A stretch of DNA of 63,648 nt from Candidatus Dormiibacterota bacterium (GCA_003153125.1 PLWW01000083.1:60676-124323); one strand, 5' to 3'; shown: positions 9,404-18,810, counted from the stretch's first letter. Translations and numbers: made by a program. The notes: generated by a model from the sequence alone, not told the origin.

Positions 9404-9507
9404 TGGTGCCGAGCGGCCCGCCTCCCAGAGCACAATGACCCTGGTGCGGCGGTGATGGTGGCTGCGATTCTGGCCCCGTCTGAGGCAACATGAATGGGAG
9501 GAGCCAG

Positions 9508-10038
9508 GTGGCCATCAAGCGGATCCTCGTCGCCACCGACGGCTCGGCGACCGCTCAGGCAGCGCTGGCCTGGGCAGCGGACCTTGCCGTACCCCTTGGC
9601 GCGGAGGTGGTGGTGATCGCGGTGATCGACATTGCCATGCTCTATCCCGGTGCCCCGTTCCTCCCGGTGAGCGAAGAGCAGATGCGCGAGCGTCTCGACA
9701 AGGAGTTGAACGATGCGTGGACGGAGCGGATGCGAGACAGGGGCGTCCCGTTCCGTACTCTGCTTGGAGAGGGCAACCCTGCCGCTGTCATCGTCAAGAC
9801 GGCCGCTGCCGAAAAGGCCGACCTCATCGTCATGGGCTCGCGCGGCCATGGTGGCTTCACCGAACTCGTGATCGGCAGCGTTGCCCACCATGTGACGCAT
9901 CACGCCAGGATCCCGGTTGTGGTCGTACCGCCCGGTGCTGTGACCGCCGAGCAGGCCGAGGACGAGGTGGCGCGGGTGGAGCGGAGCGAGCCACCGGGAC
10001 CGGTGCAACCCGAGCGTCCGCCGGCTGATGGCGGCTAG
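9508..10038 (+). CDS. Universal stress protein
   Basis: IKRILVATDGS..., ADLIVMGSRGHGGFTELVIGSVAHHVTHHARIPVVVVP. GTG 9508 is preceded by GGGAGGAG; the ORF track start is 9490. Confidence 0.88.
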   Translation: MAIKRILVATDGSATAQAALAWAADLAVPLGAEVVVIAVIDIAMLYPGAPFLPVSEEQMRERLDKELNDAWTERMRDRGVPFRTLLGEGNPAAVIVKTAAAEKADLIVMGSRGHGGFTELVIGSVAHHVTHHARIPVVVVPPGAVTAEQAEDEVARVERSEPPGPVQPERPPADGG

Positions 10039-13018
10039 CCTCGCCCCCAGCCATTCGCGCCGCGCGGTGCGGTGCGCAGTCGCTCTCCCGGCGCCGATCG
10101 CCCGGCGATTCGAGGCGATCGTTTTCGATTGGGACGGGACCGCCGTTCCCGACCGGCAGGCCGACGCCGCGCCGGTGCGCGCGCTCGTCGAGGAGGCGTG
10201 CGCGCTGGGCATGGACCTCGCCATCGTCAGCGGGACACATGTCCGCAACGTCGACGGTCAGCTCGCTGCGCGGCCCACCGGGCCGGGGCGGCTGCTCCTC
10301 TGCCTGAACCGCGGATCCGAGGTGTTCGCCGTCGGCCGAGGAGGTCCCCGGCTGGTACACCGGCGCATCGCAACCCACCAAGAGGATGCCGCGCTCACCG
10401 CCGCCGCCGAGCTGACGGTTCAGCGGCTCGCCGATCGCGGAGTGGGTGCGGTGATCGTGTCGCAGCGGCTCAACCGCCGCAAGATCGACCTGATTCCCGA
10501 GCCGGCGTGGGCTGAGCCGCCGAAGGCGCGCATCGGCGAGCTCCTCGACGCCGTAGAGCGTCGCCTTCGCGCCCGTGGAGTGCGGTCGCTGCGGGGCGCA
10601 GTGGAGATCGCGCGTCGCGCCGCTGCCGACGTCGGCCTCCCCGACGCACGCGTGACCAGCGACGTCAAGCACGTGGAGATCGGCCTCACCGACAAGTCGG
10701 ACTCGGGCGCATGGGTGGTCAGCGACCTGTGGTCTCGAGGGGTCGCTCCCGACCTCGTGCTGGTCGCCGGCGACGAGATGGGCGAGCTTGGGGGCCTTCC
10801 GGGGAGCGACTCGCTCATGCTGGTCACCGAGGCGCCCGGCGTCACCGCGCTGTCGGTCGGCGTTGAGCCGCGCGGAGTCCCTGCTCACGTCATTCACATT
10901 CGCGGCGGTCCGGCTGCTTTCCTGGGCGTCCTCGAGGACCAGGTCAAGCGCAGGAAGCGTGGCGACGTGCCGCGAGTGACCGCTGACCCGACCTGGTCGC
11001 TGCACATCACCGGCGTCGACGACCGGCTCGAGCGCGCTCACGAATCCCTGCTCTGCGTCGCCGATGGCCGTCTGGGCAGCAACGGAGCGCCCCTGGTGGC
11101 GCATCCGGCGGCGGCACCATCGGTCGTGCTGGCAGGCGCCTACGAGGGCGACGGCGCCGACATCGCCCTGGTCGCGTGCCCGCGCTGGAACAGGCTGGCC
11201 GGCGGCCTGAGCGCGCCGGCCACGCTGCACCGGACCCTCGACCTTCGCACCGGTCTCATTCATCACCGGTGGGACGCATCGATGGGCAGGGTCGAGGCGG
11301 TCGCGTTCTCGTCGCTGGTGAGGCCGGCCACCGCCGTCCTCCGCGTCTCAGGAGTCGGCGGACCGCGGCCCGAGGTGCTGCCGCTCTCAACGGACGATCA
11401 GGCCGCATCCTCCCCTCGGAGCAACGACCTCCGATGGATCACGAGCGAGGCGAGTGCGGGTGCAGGGCAGGTCGTGGCGTCCGCGGTGACCCGGGCCACC
11501 GGCCCCGTCGCGGTGGAGCGGCTGGCCGTCTACGCGCTGCAATCGGACGCCAGCCAGGCCGCCTCCAGGTTGCGCTCGGGACGCCGGGCCGGGTTTGAGC
11601 GCCTTCTCGTGGAGCAGCGCATGGCATGGGCGAAGCGTTGGGCGAGCGCCGACATCGTCATCGAGGGAGACGATGCCCTGCAGCAGGCGGTCCGGCTGGG
11701 GCTCTCCACCCTGATGGCGTCGGCGGCGGACGTGGGTGAGGCAGCCGTCGGGGCGCGCGGGCTGACCGGCGAGGCATATCGCGGCCACGTCTTCTGGGAT
11801 ACCGACGTCTTCGTCCTGCCCTTCCTCGCGGCAACCCATCCCGCCGCTGCACGCGCCGTCCTCGAATACCGAGTGCGCCGCCTGCCCGCGGCGCTCGCCG
11901 CAGCACGCGCCAGGGGACGGTCGGGCGCGCGATTCCCATGGGAGTCCGCCGCGGATGGCGGCGACGTCACGCCGCACTGGGGAAGCGACCGCCTTGGCAA
12001 CGCCACCCGAATCCGCACCGGGGAGATGGAGGAACACATCGTTGCCGATGTCGCCTGGGCCGCCGCCTGTTACCAGGGTTGGACGGGCGACCCCATGTTC
12101 GCCGGCGGACCGGGCCGGGTGCTCCTTGTGGAGACCGCCCGCTACTGGGCCTCGCGAATCGAGGCAGATTCGAATGGCCGCGGGCATATCCGTCAGGTCA
12201 TCGGTCCCGACGAGTACCACGAAGAGGTCGACGACAACGCATTCACCAATGTGATGGCTCGTTGGAATCTTCGTACCGCCGCCGACGCAGCCGCAACCTC
12301 AGTCCCCGCCGCGGAGCGGCGGCGGTGGCTCGGGATCGCCGACTCGCTGGTCGACGGCTATGACGAGGCGACGGGACTGTACGAGCAGTTCGCCGGCTTT
12401 CAACGGCTCGAACCGCTGATCATCAGGGACCTCACCCCTCAGCGCCCGGTGGCCGCCACCATGCTGCTCGGGGCCGAGCGTGTGGCGGGCGCACAGGTGA
12501 TCAAACAGGCAGACGTCCTGATGCTCCATCACATGGTCCCCGACGAGGTGGCGCCGGGCTCATTGGTCGCCAACCTGGACTTCTATGAACCGCGCACCGC
12601 TCACGGCAGTTCGCTGTCTCCGGGGATCCACGCCGGACTCTTCGCTCGGGCCGGCCGCCTTGCGGATGCGCTGGCCGCGCTCCGCCTGACAGCTCGGATC
12701 GACATCGACGACCTCAGTGAGAGCAGCGCTGGCGGCCTGCACCTTGGAGCCATGGGCAGCCTGTGGCAGGCGCTCGTCCTTGGCTTCTGCGGCGTTCGGC
12801 CGCAGGGCGACGCGCTGCGTATCGATCCCCATCTGCCCGCGGAGTGGTCGGCGCTGGAGGTGCGGCTGCGCTTCCGAGCGAGCAACGTTCGAATGCGCAT
12901 CGAGTCGAGCAAGCTCACCGTCTGGGCGACCCCGCCCGCGAAGATCGTCTGGGACGAGAGCGTTGTGGAGGTGGACGCGATGGGCCACCAGTTCGGGATG
13001 GCCGAGCGGAAATCATGA
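10028..13018 (+). CDS. HAD-phosphatase-like domain fused to a glycoside hydrolase family 65 phosphorylase-like domain
   Basis: N-terminus has FDWDGTAV ... GDEMGE (HAD). The centre and C-terminus have GHVFWDTDVFVLPFL, RFPWESA, GPDEYHEEVDDNAFTN and VIKQADVLML (GH65 blocks). Confidence 0.88.
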   Translation: MAASLAPSHSRRAVRCAVALPAPIARRFEAIVFDWDGTAVPDRQADAAPVRALVEEACALGMDLAIVSGTHVRNVDGQLAARPTGPGRLLLCLNRGSEVFAVGRGGPRLVHRRIATHQEDAALTAAAELTVQRLADRGVGAVIVSQRLNRRKIDLIPEPAWAEPPKARIGELLDAVERRLRARGVRSLRGAVEIARRAAADVGLPDARVTSDVKHVEIGLTDKSDSGAWVVSDLWSRGVAPDLVLVAGDEMGELGGLPGSDSLMLVTEAPGVTALSVGVEPRGVPAHVIHIRGGPAAFLGVLEDQVKRRKRGDVPRVTADPTWSLHITGVDDRLERAHESLLCVADGRLGSNGAPLVAHPAAAPSVVLAGAYEGDGADIALVACPRWNRLAGGLSAPATLHRTLDLRTGLIHHRWDASMGRVEAVAFSSLVRPATAVLRVSGVGGPRPEVLPLSTDDQAASSPRSNDLRWITSEASAGAGQVVASAVTRATGPVAVERLAVYALQSDASQAASRLRSGRRAGFERLLVEQRMAWAKRWASADIVIEGDDALQQAVRLGLSTLMASAADVGEAAVGARGLTGEAYRGHVFWDTDVFVLPFLAATHPAAARAVLEYRVRRLPAALAAARARGRSGARFPWESAADGGDVTPHWGSDRLGNATRIRTGEMEEHIVADVAWAAACYQGWTGDPMFAGGPGRVLLVETARYWASRIEADSNGRGHIRQVIGPDEYHEEVDDNAFTNVMARWNLRTAADAAATSVPAAERRRWLGIADSLVDGYDEATGLYEQFAGFQRLEPLIIRDLTPQRPVAATMLLGAERVAGAQVIKQADVLMLHHMVPDEVAPGSLVANLDFYEPRTAHGSSLSPGIHAGLFARAGRLADALAALRLTARIDIDDLSESSAGGLHLGAMGSLWQALVLGFCGVRPQGDALRIDPHLPAEWSALEVRLRFRASNVRMRIESSKLTVWATPPAKIVWDESVVEVDAMGHQFGMAERKS

Positions 13019-13028
13019 GGAGAGGAGC

Positions 13029-13874
13029 GTGAGCAGGGTCATTGCTGCCGTCGACGACAGTGCGCAGGCTCTCGCCGTGGTCAGGACCGGCGAGGCGGTG
13101 GCGAGCTTGTGCGGGAGCACGCTCGAGGTCGTCCACGTCTGCGCGGGAGAAGACGATACGGCGCCTGCAGGACTCGCGTCTGGCGGGCACGAGGTGCGTC
13201 TGCTCAGAGGTCTCGGGAGCAGGGCAATCGCCGAGGCGGCGGCCGACCGAGATGTCGCGGCCGTCATCGTCGGTACCGGCCGCGCGCGCCCAGCCGAGGC
13301 CTTCGTCGGCAGCTGCGCACAGCAGGTCATCACCGCGGTCCCAGTTCCAGTCGTGGTGGTCCCGGCCCACGCCAGGGCGCCGACGACGATCCGGCGGATC
13401 CTGATCCCACTGGACGGGACGCGCGCTTCGAGTGACGCTCTCCGCCGTGCGATGGAGCTCAGCGCCCAAGCCGACGTCCGCCTCATCGCCCTCCATGTCC
13501 ACACCGATGCGTCGCTGCCGATGTTCAGCGACCAACCGCATCACGAGGTACGGGCGTGGAGTGCCGAGTTCATCCGCCGGCACGCGCTCCCGATGTCGGC
13601 CGAATCACCGCTGCGGCTGCGTGTGGGCCAAGCCGGCACTGAGGTGCTCGCCGCCGCCGTGCAGGAGGGGGCCGACCTCATCGTGCTCGGGTGGCGGCAG
13701 GACCTCTCAGCTGGCCGGGCGGCGGTCGTGCGCTCCACGGTGCTGGGCGCGACGGTCCCAGTCCTGCTGATCCCCACGCAACGGGAAGCGCAGAATCACT
13801 ACCCCGTTGTGAACACCCGTGGGCGCGCCGCAGCCGCAGCTCCATATCCGGCTTCCCGACCGGAATCGAGGTAG
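13029..13874 (+). CDS. Tandem universal stress protein
   Basis: Two USP halves (VIAAVDDS...VVVVP and RILIPLDGT...ADLIVLGW...VPVLLIP). GTG 13029 follows GGAGAGGAG. Confidence 0.85.
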   Translation: MSRVIAAVDDSAQALAVVRTGEAVASLCGSTLEVVHVCAGEDDTAPAGLASGGHEVRLLRGLGSRAIAEAAADRDVAAVIVGTGRARPAEAFVGSCAQQVITAVPVPVVVVPAHARAPTTIRRILIPLDGTRASSDALRRAMELSAQADVRLIALHVHTDASLPMFSDQPHHEVRAWSAEFIRRHALPMSAESPLRLRVGQAGTEVLAAAVQEGADLIVLGWRQDLSAGRAAVVRSTVLGATVPVLLIPTQREAQNHYPVVNTRGRAAAAAPYPASRPESR

Positions 13875-13907
13875 TCGCCGCCACGTCGATCCGTGCCACA
13901 CCAAGTC

Positions 13908-13921
13908 GGGACCAATGGCCC
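13908..13921. promoter_or_regulatory. Weak DevR/NarL-type box-like site
   Basis: GGGACCAATGGCCC, about 65 nt upstream of ATG 13987. It shares GGGACCAA with the reverse complement of the 5695 site. Confidence 0.25.
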
Positions 13922-13986
13922 TTCCGCAGCCGATGCGCTCGTCCTACCGTCGTGATGGACAGTCAGCTCAAACGGGGCGGAAGCTC

Positions 13987-14538
13987 ATGAGAACCGACAG
14001 GACGATGCGACATCCGAATGTGGTGCACGACCCCGTCGGGGATGCGATGGGCTGGCTCCTCGTCCTGTTCGATCAGGAGCGCGGACGGGTTTTCGAAGCC
14101 GCACCCGAAGGGTTCGCGGAATGGGAGCCGATCACCTCGCGTGAGGAGGTGGTGAACCCGGAGCGGCGGTGGAAAGGGATGGGGGCCCGCTACGGTCGCC
14201 ACGGGCAGCACGTGGCGGCGGGATCTCACGCTGAGGCCCACCGCGCTGAGGTCCAGCGGGAGCACGCGCGGGCCGTCGCCACTGTCGTGAACGATCACTT
14301 GCACCGGTATCCCGACGCGCGCATCTTCGTCGCCGGCCCGGTCAGAGACCGCGCCGCCCTCATCGCCGCTCTCCCTCGGTCGGCCCGCAGAGTGGCCGGT
14401 CAGCTGTCGATTCCAATGTTCGAGACATTGCCCGAGGTGGCCGTTCGATTCCGCACGGCGCTGGACGCTCTTGCCAAAAGGGTGACGGCCGTGACCGGCG
14501 AAGGTTGCACAACCATCGCGTCGACCACCGGGAGGTGA
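13987..14538 (+). CDS. Host-attachment-protein / bacterial eRF1-like family protein (tentative)
   Basis: WLLVLFDQERGRVFEA..., a central H/R-rich stretch, then ARIFVAGPVRDRAALIAALP. This matches the Host_attach layout as I remember it. The start could instead be 14047 (MGWLLV). Confidence 0.5.
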   Translation: MRTDRTMRHPNVVHDPVGDAMGWLLVLFDQERGRVFEAAPEGFAEWEPITSREEVVNPERRWKGMGARYGRHGQHVAAGSHAEAHRAEVQREHARAVATVVNDHLHRYPDARIFVAGPVRDRAALIAALPRSARRVAGQLSIPMFETLPEVAVRFRTALDALAKRVTAVTGEGCTTIASTTGR

Positions 14539-14544
14539 GGGCCC

Positions 14545-15675
14545 ATGGCCGGCCTCTTGTCACCGCCAGCATGGCACCCGACGGCGCGTGGCGGGGATCG
14601 CTTGAGGGTGGCGATCATCGCGCCTCCCTGGTACCCGCTGCCTCCACGGGGGTACGGTGGCGTCGAGCTCGTCGTGAGCCTCCTGGTTCGGGGACTCCGT
14701 GCTCGAGGCGACGAGGTGGTGGTGGTCGGCGCCGAGTGCTCGGCGCCCGGCACCGTCGAATTGGCACCCGCCGTCTGGGAAGCTGATCTCGGAGGTAGGT
14801 ACGGACCGGTCCGTGAGCTGACCTACCTTGCGCGGGTGTCGGCGCGGCTGCACCGCGACGGTCCCTTCGACGTCATCCACGATCACAGTGGCTTTGCCGG
14901 CCTCCTCGCAACCACCTTGATGGGGATCGCTCCGGTCGTCCACACCGTGCACGGTGTCCTCGGCGAGCCGGAACGGACCTTCTACCGCGCGATGCAGGAT
15001 CGCGCCGAACTGGTGGCGATCAGTTCGGCTCAACGCGCCAGCGCGGCGGAACTATCCTGGGTCTCGACAATCCACAACGCCGTCGACACCGACTCGTTGC
15101 TGACCGTGGCGCCGGCGGACAAGGGTGGCTACCTTCTCTGCCTCGCGCGTGTGTGTCGAGAGAAAGGGCAACACGTGGCCATCGAGGTGGCGCGCCGGAC
15201 CGGCCGGCGATTGGTTCTCGCCGGCAAGGTGGAGCCGACGCCCGACGGCGACCTCTACTTTCAAACCGCGGTGGCGCCGCACGTCGATGGGTCCCGGGTC
15301 ATCTACCACCGCAACGTCGCCGGCCGCGAGAAGTCGGAGTTGATCGCGCGCGCGTCGGCACTGGTGGCACCGATTGCCTGGGAGGAGCCGTTCGGGTTGT
15401 CGGTGGTGGAGGCGATGGCCAGTGGAACCCCGGCAGTCAGCTACGGGCGTGGAGCCGCAGCAGAGCTCATCGACGACGGCGTGACCGGGTTTGCGGTGAG
15501 ACCCGACGATGTGGAGGCGATGGCCGTCGCTGTGCTGGCGACGGCGGAGATCGACACTCGTCGGTGCGCTGACACTGCGCGGCGACGCTTCAACCCCGAG
15601 CGGATGGCCGGCGGGTACCATCGCGTGTACGCCGAGATCGCAGCGAGCACGCTCCGCAAGGCCGTGACGGCGTGA
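14545..15675 (+). CDS. Glycosyltransferase family 4
   Basis: RVAIIAPPWYPLPPRGYGGVELVV, then EPFGLSVVEAMASGTPAV (GT-B E-x7-E region). An alternative TTG start lies at 14602. Confidence 0.85.
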   Translation: MAGLLSPPAWHPTARGGDRLRVAIIAPPWYPLPPRGYGGVELVVSLLVRGLRARGDEVVVVGAECSAPGTVELAPAVWEADLGGRYGPVRELTYLARVSARLHRDGPFDVIHDHSGFAGLLATTLMGIAPVVHTVHGVLGEPERTFYRAMQDRAELVAISSAQRASAAELSWVSTIHNAVDTDSLLTVAPADKGGYLLCLARVCREKGQHVAIEVARRTGRRLVLAGKVEPTPDGDLYFQTAVAPHVDGSRVIYHRNVAGREKSELIARASALVAPIAWEEPFGLSVVEAMASGTPAVSYGRGAAAELIDDGVTGFAVRPDDVEAMAVAVLATAEIDTRRCADTARRRFNPERMAGGYHRVYAEIAASTLRKAVTA

Positions 15676-15776
15676 CAGCAGGGGAGCGCAACGGGGAACG
15701 GGGAGAGGCCAAAGGGCCTTCAAGGTGCCGCCCTACGGCCCTAGCGATGGCCTGGGGTCGTGCGCACGCTCGGGGC

Positions 15777-16088
15777 ATGGATGAGCAGATCGCTCTTGAG
15801 GATTTCGTGTCCCGGGGAGTGAGGGCGCGGCAGTCGCGCCTCTGTTCCTACGACCCAGGACTCATGCAGCAGTGTCCGTATGCCGTCATGGAGTGGCGGC
15901 ACGGTGACCAGACCTGCCGATACTTCAGCGTCGCCCTGACCGACGGCGGCATGGAGGCGTTGTGTCGCAGGCCCCGCCACATCGAGCTGGCCGGCCGCGG
16001 GCACCGAACGTCTGAATCGCTGAAGGGATCCGGGCGGTCGGAGCGATTGGCGGGTGCCGCGGTGACGGCACGGAACATGGGGGACTGA
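15777..16088 (+). CDS. Small Cys-rich hypothetical protein (103 aa)
   Basis: MDEQIALEDF...; four Cys. The stop lies 2 nt before the next gene. GC3 is about 79% by my count. Its 5' end is the part conserved in the decayed copy at 2744. Confidence 0.4.
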   Translation: MDEQIALEDFVSRGVRARQSRLCSYDPGLMQQCPYAVMEWRHGDQTCRYFSVALTDGGMEALCRRPRHIELAGRGHRTSESLKGSGRSERLAGAAVTARNMGD

Positions 16089-16090
16089 CG

Positions 16091-16540
16091 GTGCAGAAGC
16101 CGCGGATCATGCGGATATGGCTCGGCGGGCTGGTCGCCATCGGGGTCGGTCTGCTCGTTCTCCTCGTCGGCCTGGGTTTGATGCTGGGACTCAGCGGCAC
16201 CTGGAGAGGACCAAGCAACAGCGTCACCTTCACGCCTAGGTACGACGCGTTCTTCTGGGCAACGGCAGCCATGATGGTCACCGGCGGCACCACCCTCATC
16301 GGGGGGGCGATCACGCAGTGTGTTGCGTGGATCGGAGCGCTGATGAACACCTTTCGCGCCCAGGACAAGACGTGGTTCGTTGCGCTTCTGGCGCTTGGCC
16401 TGCTCGGCTTCCAGTTTCCAGCGATGATCGCGTACCTCGTCGCCGGCCCTGACGTTCGTGACCTGCCGCCGACCTGGGCCCCGACCTCCGCGCCGCCACT
16501 GCCGCCGCCGCCGCCGATGATCCACCCGCAGTCGGTGTGA
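16091..16540 (+). CDS. Hypothetical membrane protein with Pro-rich tail
   Basis: Four hydrophobic segments; KTWFVALLALGLLGFQFPAMIAYLVAGPD resembles the PLD-N-type short membrane motif. Confidence 0.6.
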   Translation: MQKPRIMRIWLGGLVAIGVGLLVLLVGLGLMLGLSGTWRGPSNSVTFTPRYDAFFWATAAMMVTGGTTLIGGAITQCVAWIGALMNTFRAQDKTWFVALLALGLLGFQFPAMIAYLVAGPDVRDLPPTWAPTSAPPLPPPPPMIHPQSV

Positions 16541-16640
16541 CCAACTGACACCAGGGCACCTGGGCCGCCACGGATGGCGAGCCAGCACCCCGTGGAAGTG
16601 CACCCGAGGTCGAGGTCATCGCGGAGCACGGCCTCAGGGC

Positions 16641-16654
16641 GGGATCAAAGTCCC
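16641..16654. promoter_or_regulatory. DevR/NarL-type box-like palindrome upstream of the SQR-like operon
   Basis: GGGATCAAAGTCCC matches 12/14 of the core GGGACTWWAGTCCC of the M. tuberculosis DevR consensus as I recall it. It lies 59 nt upstream of ATG 16713. Confidence 0.35.
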
Positions 16655-16712
16655 ACGCCCTTTGTGACCCTTGGCCGTGGTGGACCAGCATTTCTCGATG
16701 GATGCTCACGGC

Positions 16713-17972
16713 ATGACCAAGCACATCGTCATCCTCGGAGCGGGCACCGGCGGCACACTGGTCGCCAACCGCCTCCGTCGTCTCCACACCGACGAGGACG
16801 TGCGCATCACCGTCGTCGACCAGGACGGCGAACACCTGTACCAACCAGGGCTGCTCTTCGTTCCGTTCGGCCTCGCACATGGGGACAAGCTGGTGCGTCC
16901 GCGCCAGGACCAGTTGAACCGCGGCATTGAACTGCTGCAGGTGGCGGTGGAGCGGGTTGACCTCGCGGACAACCGCGTGGTGCTGGCTGATCAGCGAACC
17001 CTCGCCTACGACGTCCTCGTCGTTGCCACCGGAGCCACGCTGGTGCCGGGGGAGACCGACGGGCTCGTCGGGCCCGGGTGGATGGAGCGGGTGTTCACCT
17101 TCTACACGCTGGCTGGGGCAACCGCGCTTGCCGATGCGCTCGCACACTTCGATGAGGGGCGCCTCGTCGTCAACGTCGTCGACATGCCGATCAAGTGTCC
17201 GGTGGCGCCGCTCGAGTTCTGCTTCCTGGCGGATTGGTTCTTCCAGAGGCGCGGCGTCCGCGACCGGATCCAGATCACCTACGTGACGCCGCTGGACGGG
17301 GCGTTCACCAAGCCGGTGGCTTCGAAGATGCTCGGCTCGCTCCTGAAGGAGAAGGGTGTGGAGGTCGTCACCGAGTTCAATACGGGGACCGTTGACGGCG
17401 CCGGGGGACATCTGGTCGGCTACGACGGCAGAACGGTCGACTTCGACCTCGCGGTCGTCGTCCCCCTGCACGGCGGTGCGGACTACGTCGCCCGCTCACC
17501 GAGCCTCGGCGATGAGCTGAACTTCATCCCCACCAATGAGCACACGCTGCAGTCGCGGGTGCGGCCCAACGTCTTTGTGATCGGCGACGCAGCGGGCCTG
17601 CCCGCCTCCAAGGCGGGATCGGTCACCCACTTCGAGGGCGAGGTTGTCTGCGACAACGTGGACAGGTTCCTCGCCGGCGCAGAGCTGGTGGACGGCTACG
17701 ACGGTCACGCGAACTGCTTCATCGAGACCGGCTTCGGCAAAGCGCTGCTGATCGACTTCAACTACGACACGGAGCCGCTCCCCGGTCATTTCCCGTACCG
17801 GATCGGGCTCCCCCTGCTCGAGGAGTCGCGGCTCAACCACCTCGGCAAGCTGATGTTCGAGTGGGTGTACTGGCACCTGCTCCTGCCCGGCCGGGACATC
17901 CCCGGCGTGGGTTCGACGATGCCCCGTTCCGGAAAGCGATTGGTCAAGACACACCAGGAGGTGAAGGCATGA
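16713..17972 (+). CDS. FAD-dependent pyridine-nucleotide-disulfide oxidoreductase, sulfide:quinone oxidoreductase-like
   Basis: MTKHIVILGAGTGGTLVANRL (FAD fold) and FVIGDAAGLPASKAGS, about 420 aa. The ORF track start is 16671. Confidence 0.88.
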   Translation: MTKHIVILGAGTGGTLVANRLRRLHTDEDVRITVVDQDGEHLYQPGLLFVPFGLAHGDKLVRPRQDQLNRGIELLQVAVERVDLADNRVVLADQRTLAYDVLVVATGATLVPGETDGLVGPGWMERVFTFYTLAGATALADALAHFDEGRLVVNVVDMPIKCPVAPLEFCFLADWFFQRRGVRDRIQITYVTPLDGAFTKPVASKMLGSLLKEKGVEVVTEFNTGTVDGAGGHLVGYDGRTVDFDLAVVVPLHGGADYVARSPSLGDELNFIPTNEHTLQSRVRPNVFVIGDAAGLPASKAGSVTHFEGEVVCDNVDRFLAGAELVDGYDGHANCFIETGFGKALLIDFNYDTEPLPGHFPYRIGLPLLEESRLNHLGKLMFEWVYWHLLLPGRDIPGVGSTMPRSGKRLVKTHQEVKA

Positions 17973-18304
17973 TCGACACAATGATGGCGCCGACAGTGAC
18001 GCTTGCCGGGCTGACCGTCGACGTCAACGAAGAGGGGTTCTTCCTGCAACCCGAGCAGTGGGCCGAGACGATGGTTCCGGAGCTCGCGCGCGCAGAAGGC
18101 ATCGCCGACCTCACCGACCGCCACTGGCAGGTCATCCGGTTCATGCGTCGGCAGTTCGAGGAGAACGGAACCGGTCCGACCGTGAGAGTCCTTGGCAAGA
18201 CCTCCGGCGTGTCGATCAAGGAGCTCTACCAACTGTTTCCCAAGGGACCCGCGAAGGTGGCTGCGCGGATCGCCGGGATACCAAAGCCACGGGGGTGCAT
18301 CTGA
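17969..18304 (+). CDS. TusE/DsrC-family sulfur-relay protein
   Basis: 111 aa ending ...IAGIPKPRGCI (C-terminal reactive Cys arm). ATGA overlap with the upstream gene. Confidence 0.85.
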   Translation: MIDTMMAPTVTLAGLTVDVNEEGFFLQPEQWAETMVPELARAEGIADLTDRHWQVIRFMRRQFEENGTGPTVRVLGKTSGVSIKELYQLFPKGPAKVAARIAGIPKPRGCI

Positions 18305-18810
18305 TGACCACCGACGTGCTCGCACGACCGGCACCGGCCTCTAAACCTGAAACGATCACCAAGGTCTCCATCATCGTTTCGCGAGGATCACTGGACGGCG
18401 TGTATCCGGCCCTGATCATGGCCAACGGTGCCCGGGCCGAGGGCATCGAGGCAAACCTCTTCTTCACCTTCTTTGGCCTCGACGCCATCCATCGCAAGCG
18501 GCACGAGCACATCAAGATCTCCACCGTCGGCAACCCCGGGCTCCACCTGGCAACCTGGCTGGGCGGCGTGCCCGGCATGTCGTCGGTGATGACCCACTAC
18601 CTCGCGCAGAAGATGGAGAAGCTCGACATCCCATCCATCCCCGAATTCGTCGAAATGATCGCCGACACCGGCGCCGGGCTGTATGCATGCAAGGCTTCGG
18701 TCGACCTGTTCGGACTGAGTCGTGAGGATTTCATCGACCAGGTCACGGACATCATCACCGTCGGCGAATTCTACGCGCAGGCCGCCGGTGGCCAGATCAT
18801 CTTCACATGA
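18304..18810 (+). CDS. DsrE/DsrF-like family protein
   Basis: KVSIIVSRGSLDGVYPALIMANGA... and GLYACKASVDLFGL (conserved Cys). Its start overlaps the TusE stop. Confidence 0.85.
   Translation: MTTDVLARPAPASKPETITKVSIIVSRGSLDGVYPALIMANGARAEGIEANLFFTFFGLDAIHRKRHEHIKISTVGNPGLHLATWLGGVPGMSSVMTHYLAQKMEKLDIPSIPEFVEMIADTGAGLYACKASVDLFGLSREDFIDQVTDIITVGEFYAQAAGGQIIFT

Noticed and set aside
7448-9433. 661-aa minus-strand ORF
   Set aside because: It is antisense to the P-type ATPase (DKTGTIT, GDGVNDAPAL on the plus strand) and has a low-complexity R/G/D composition.
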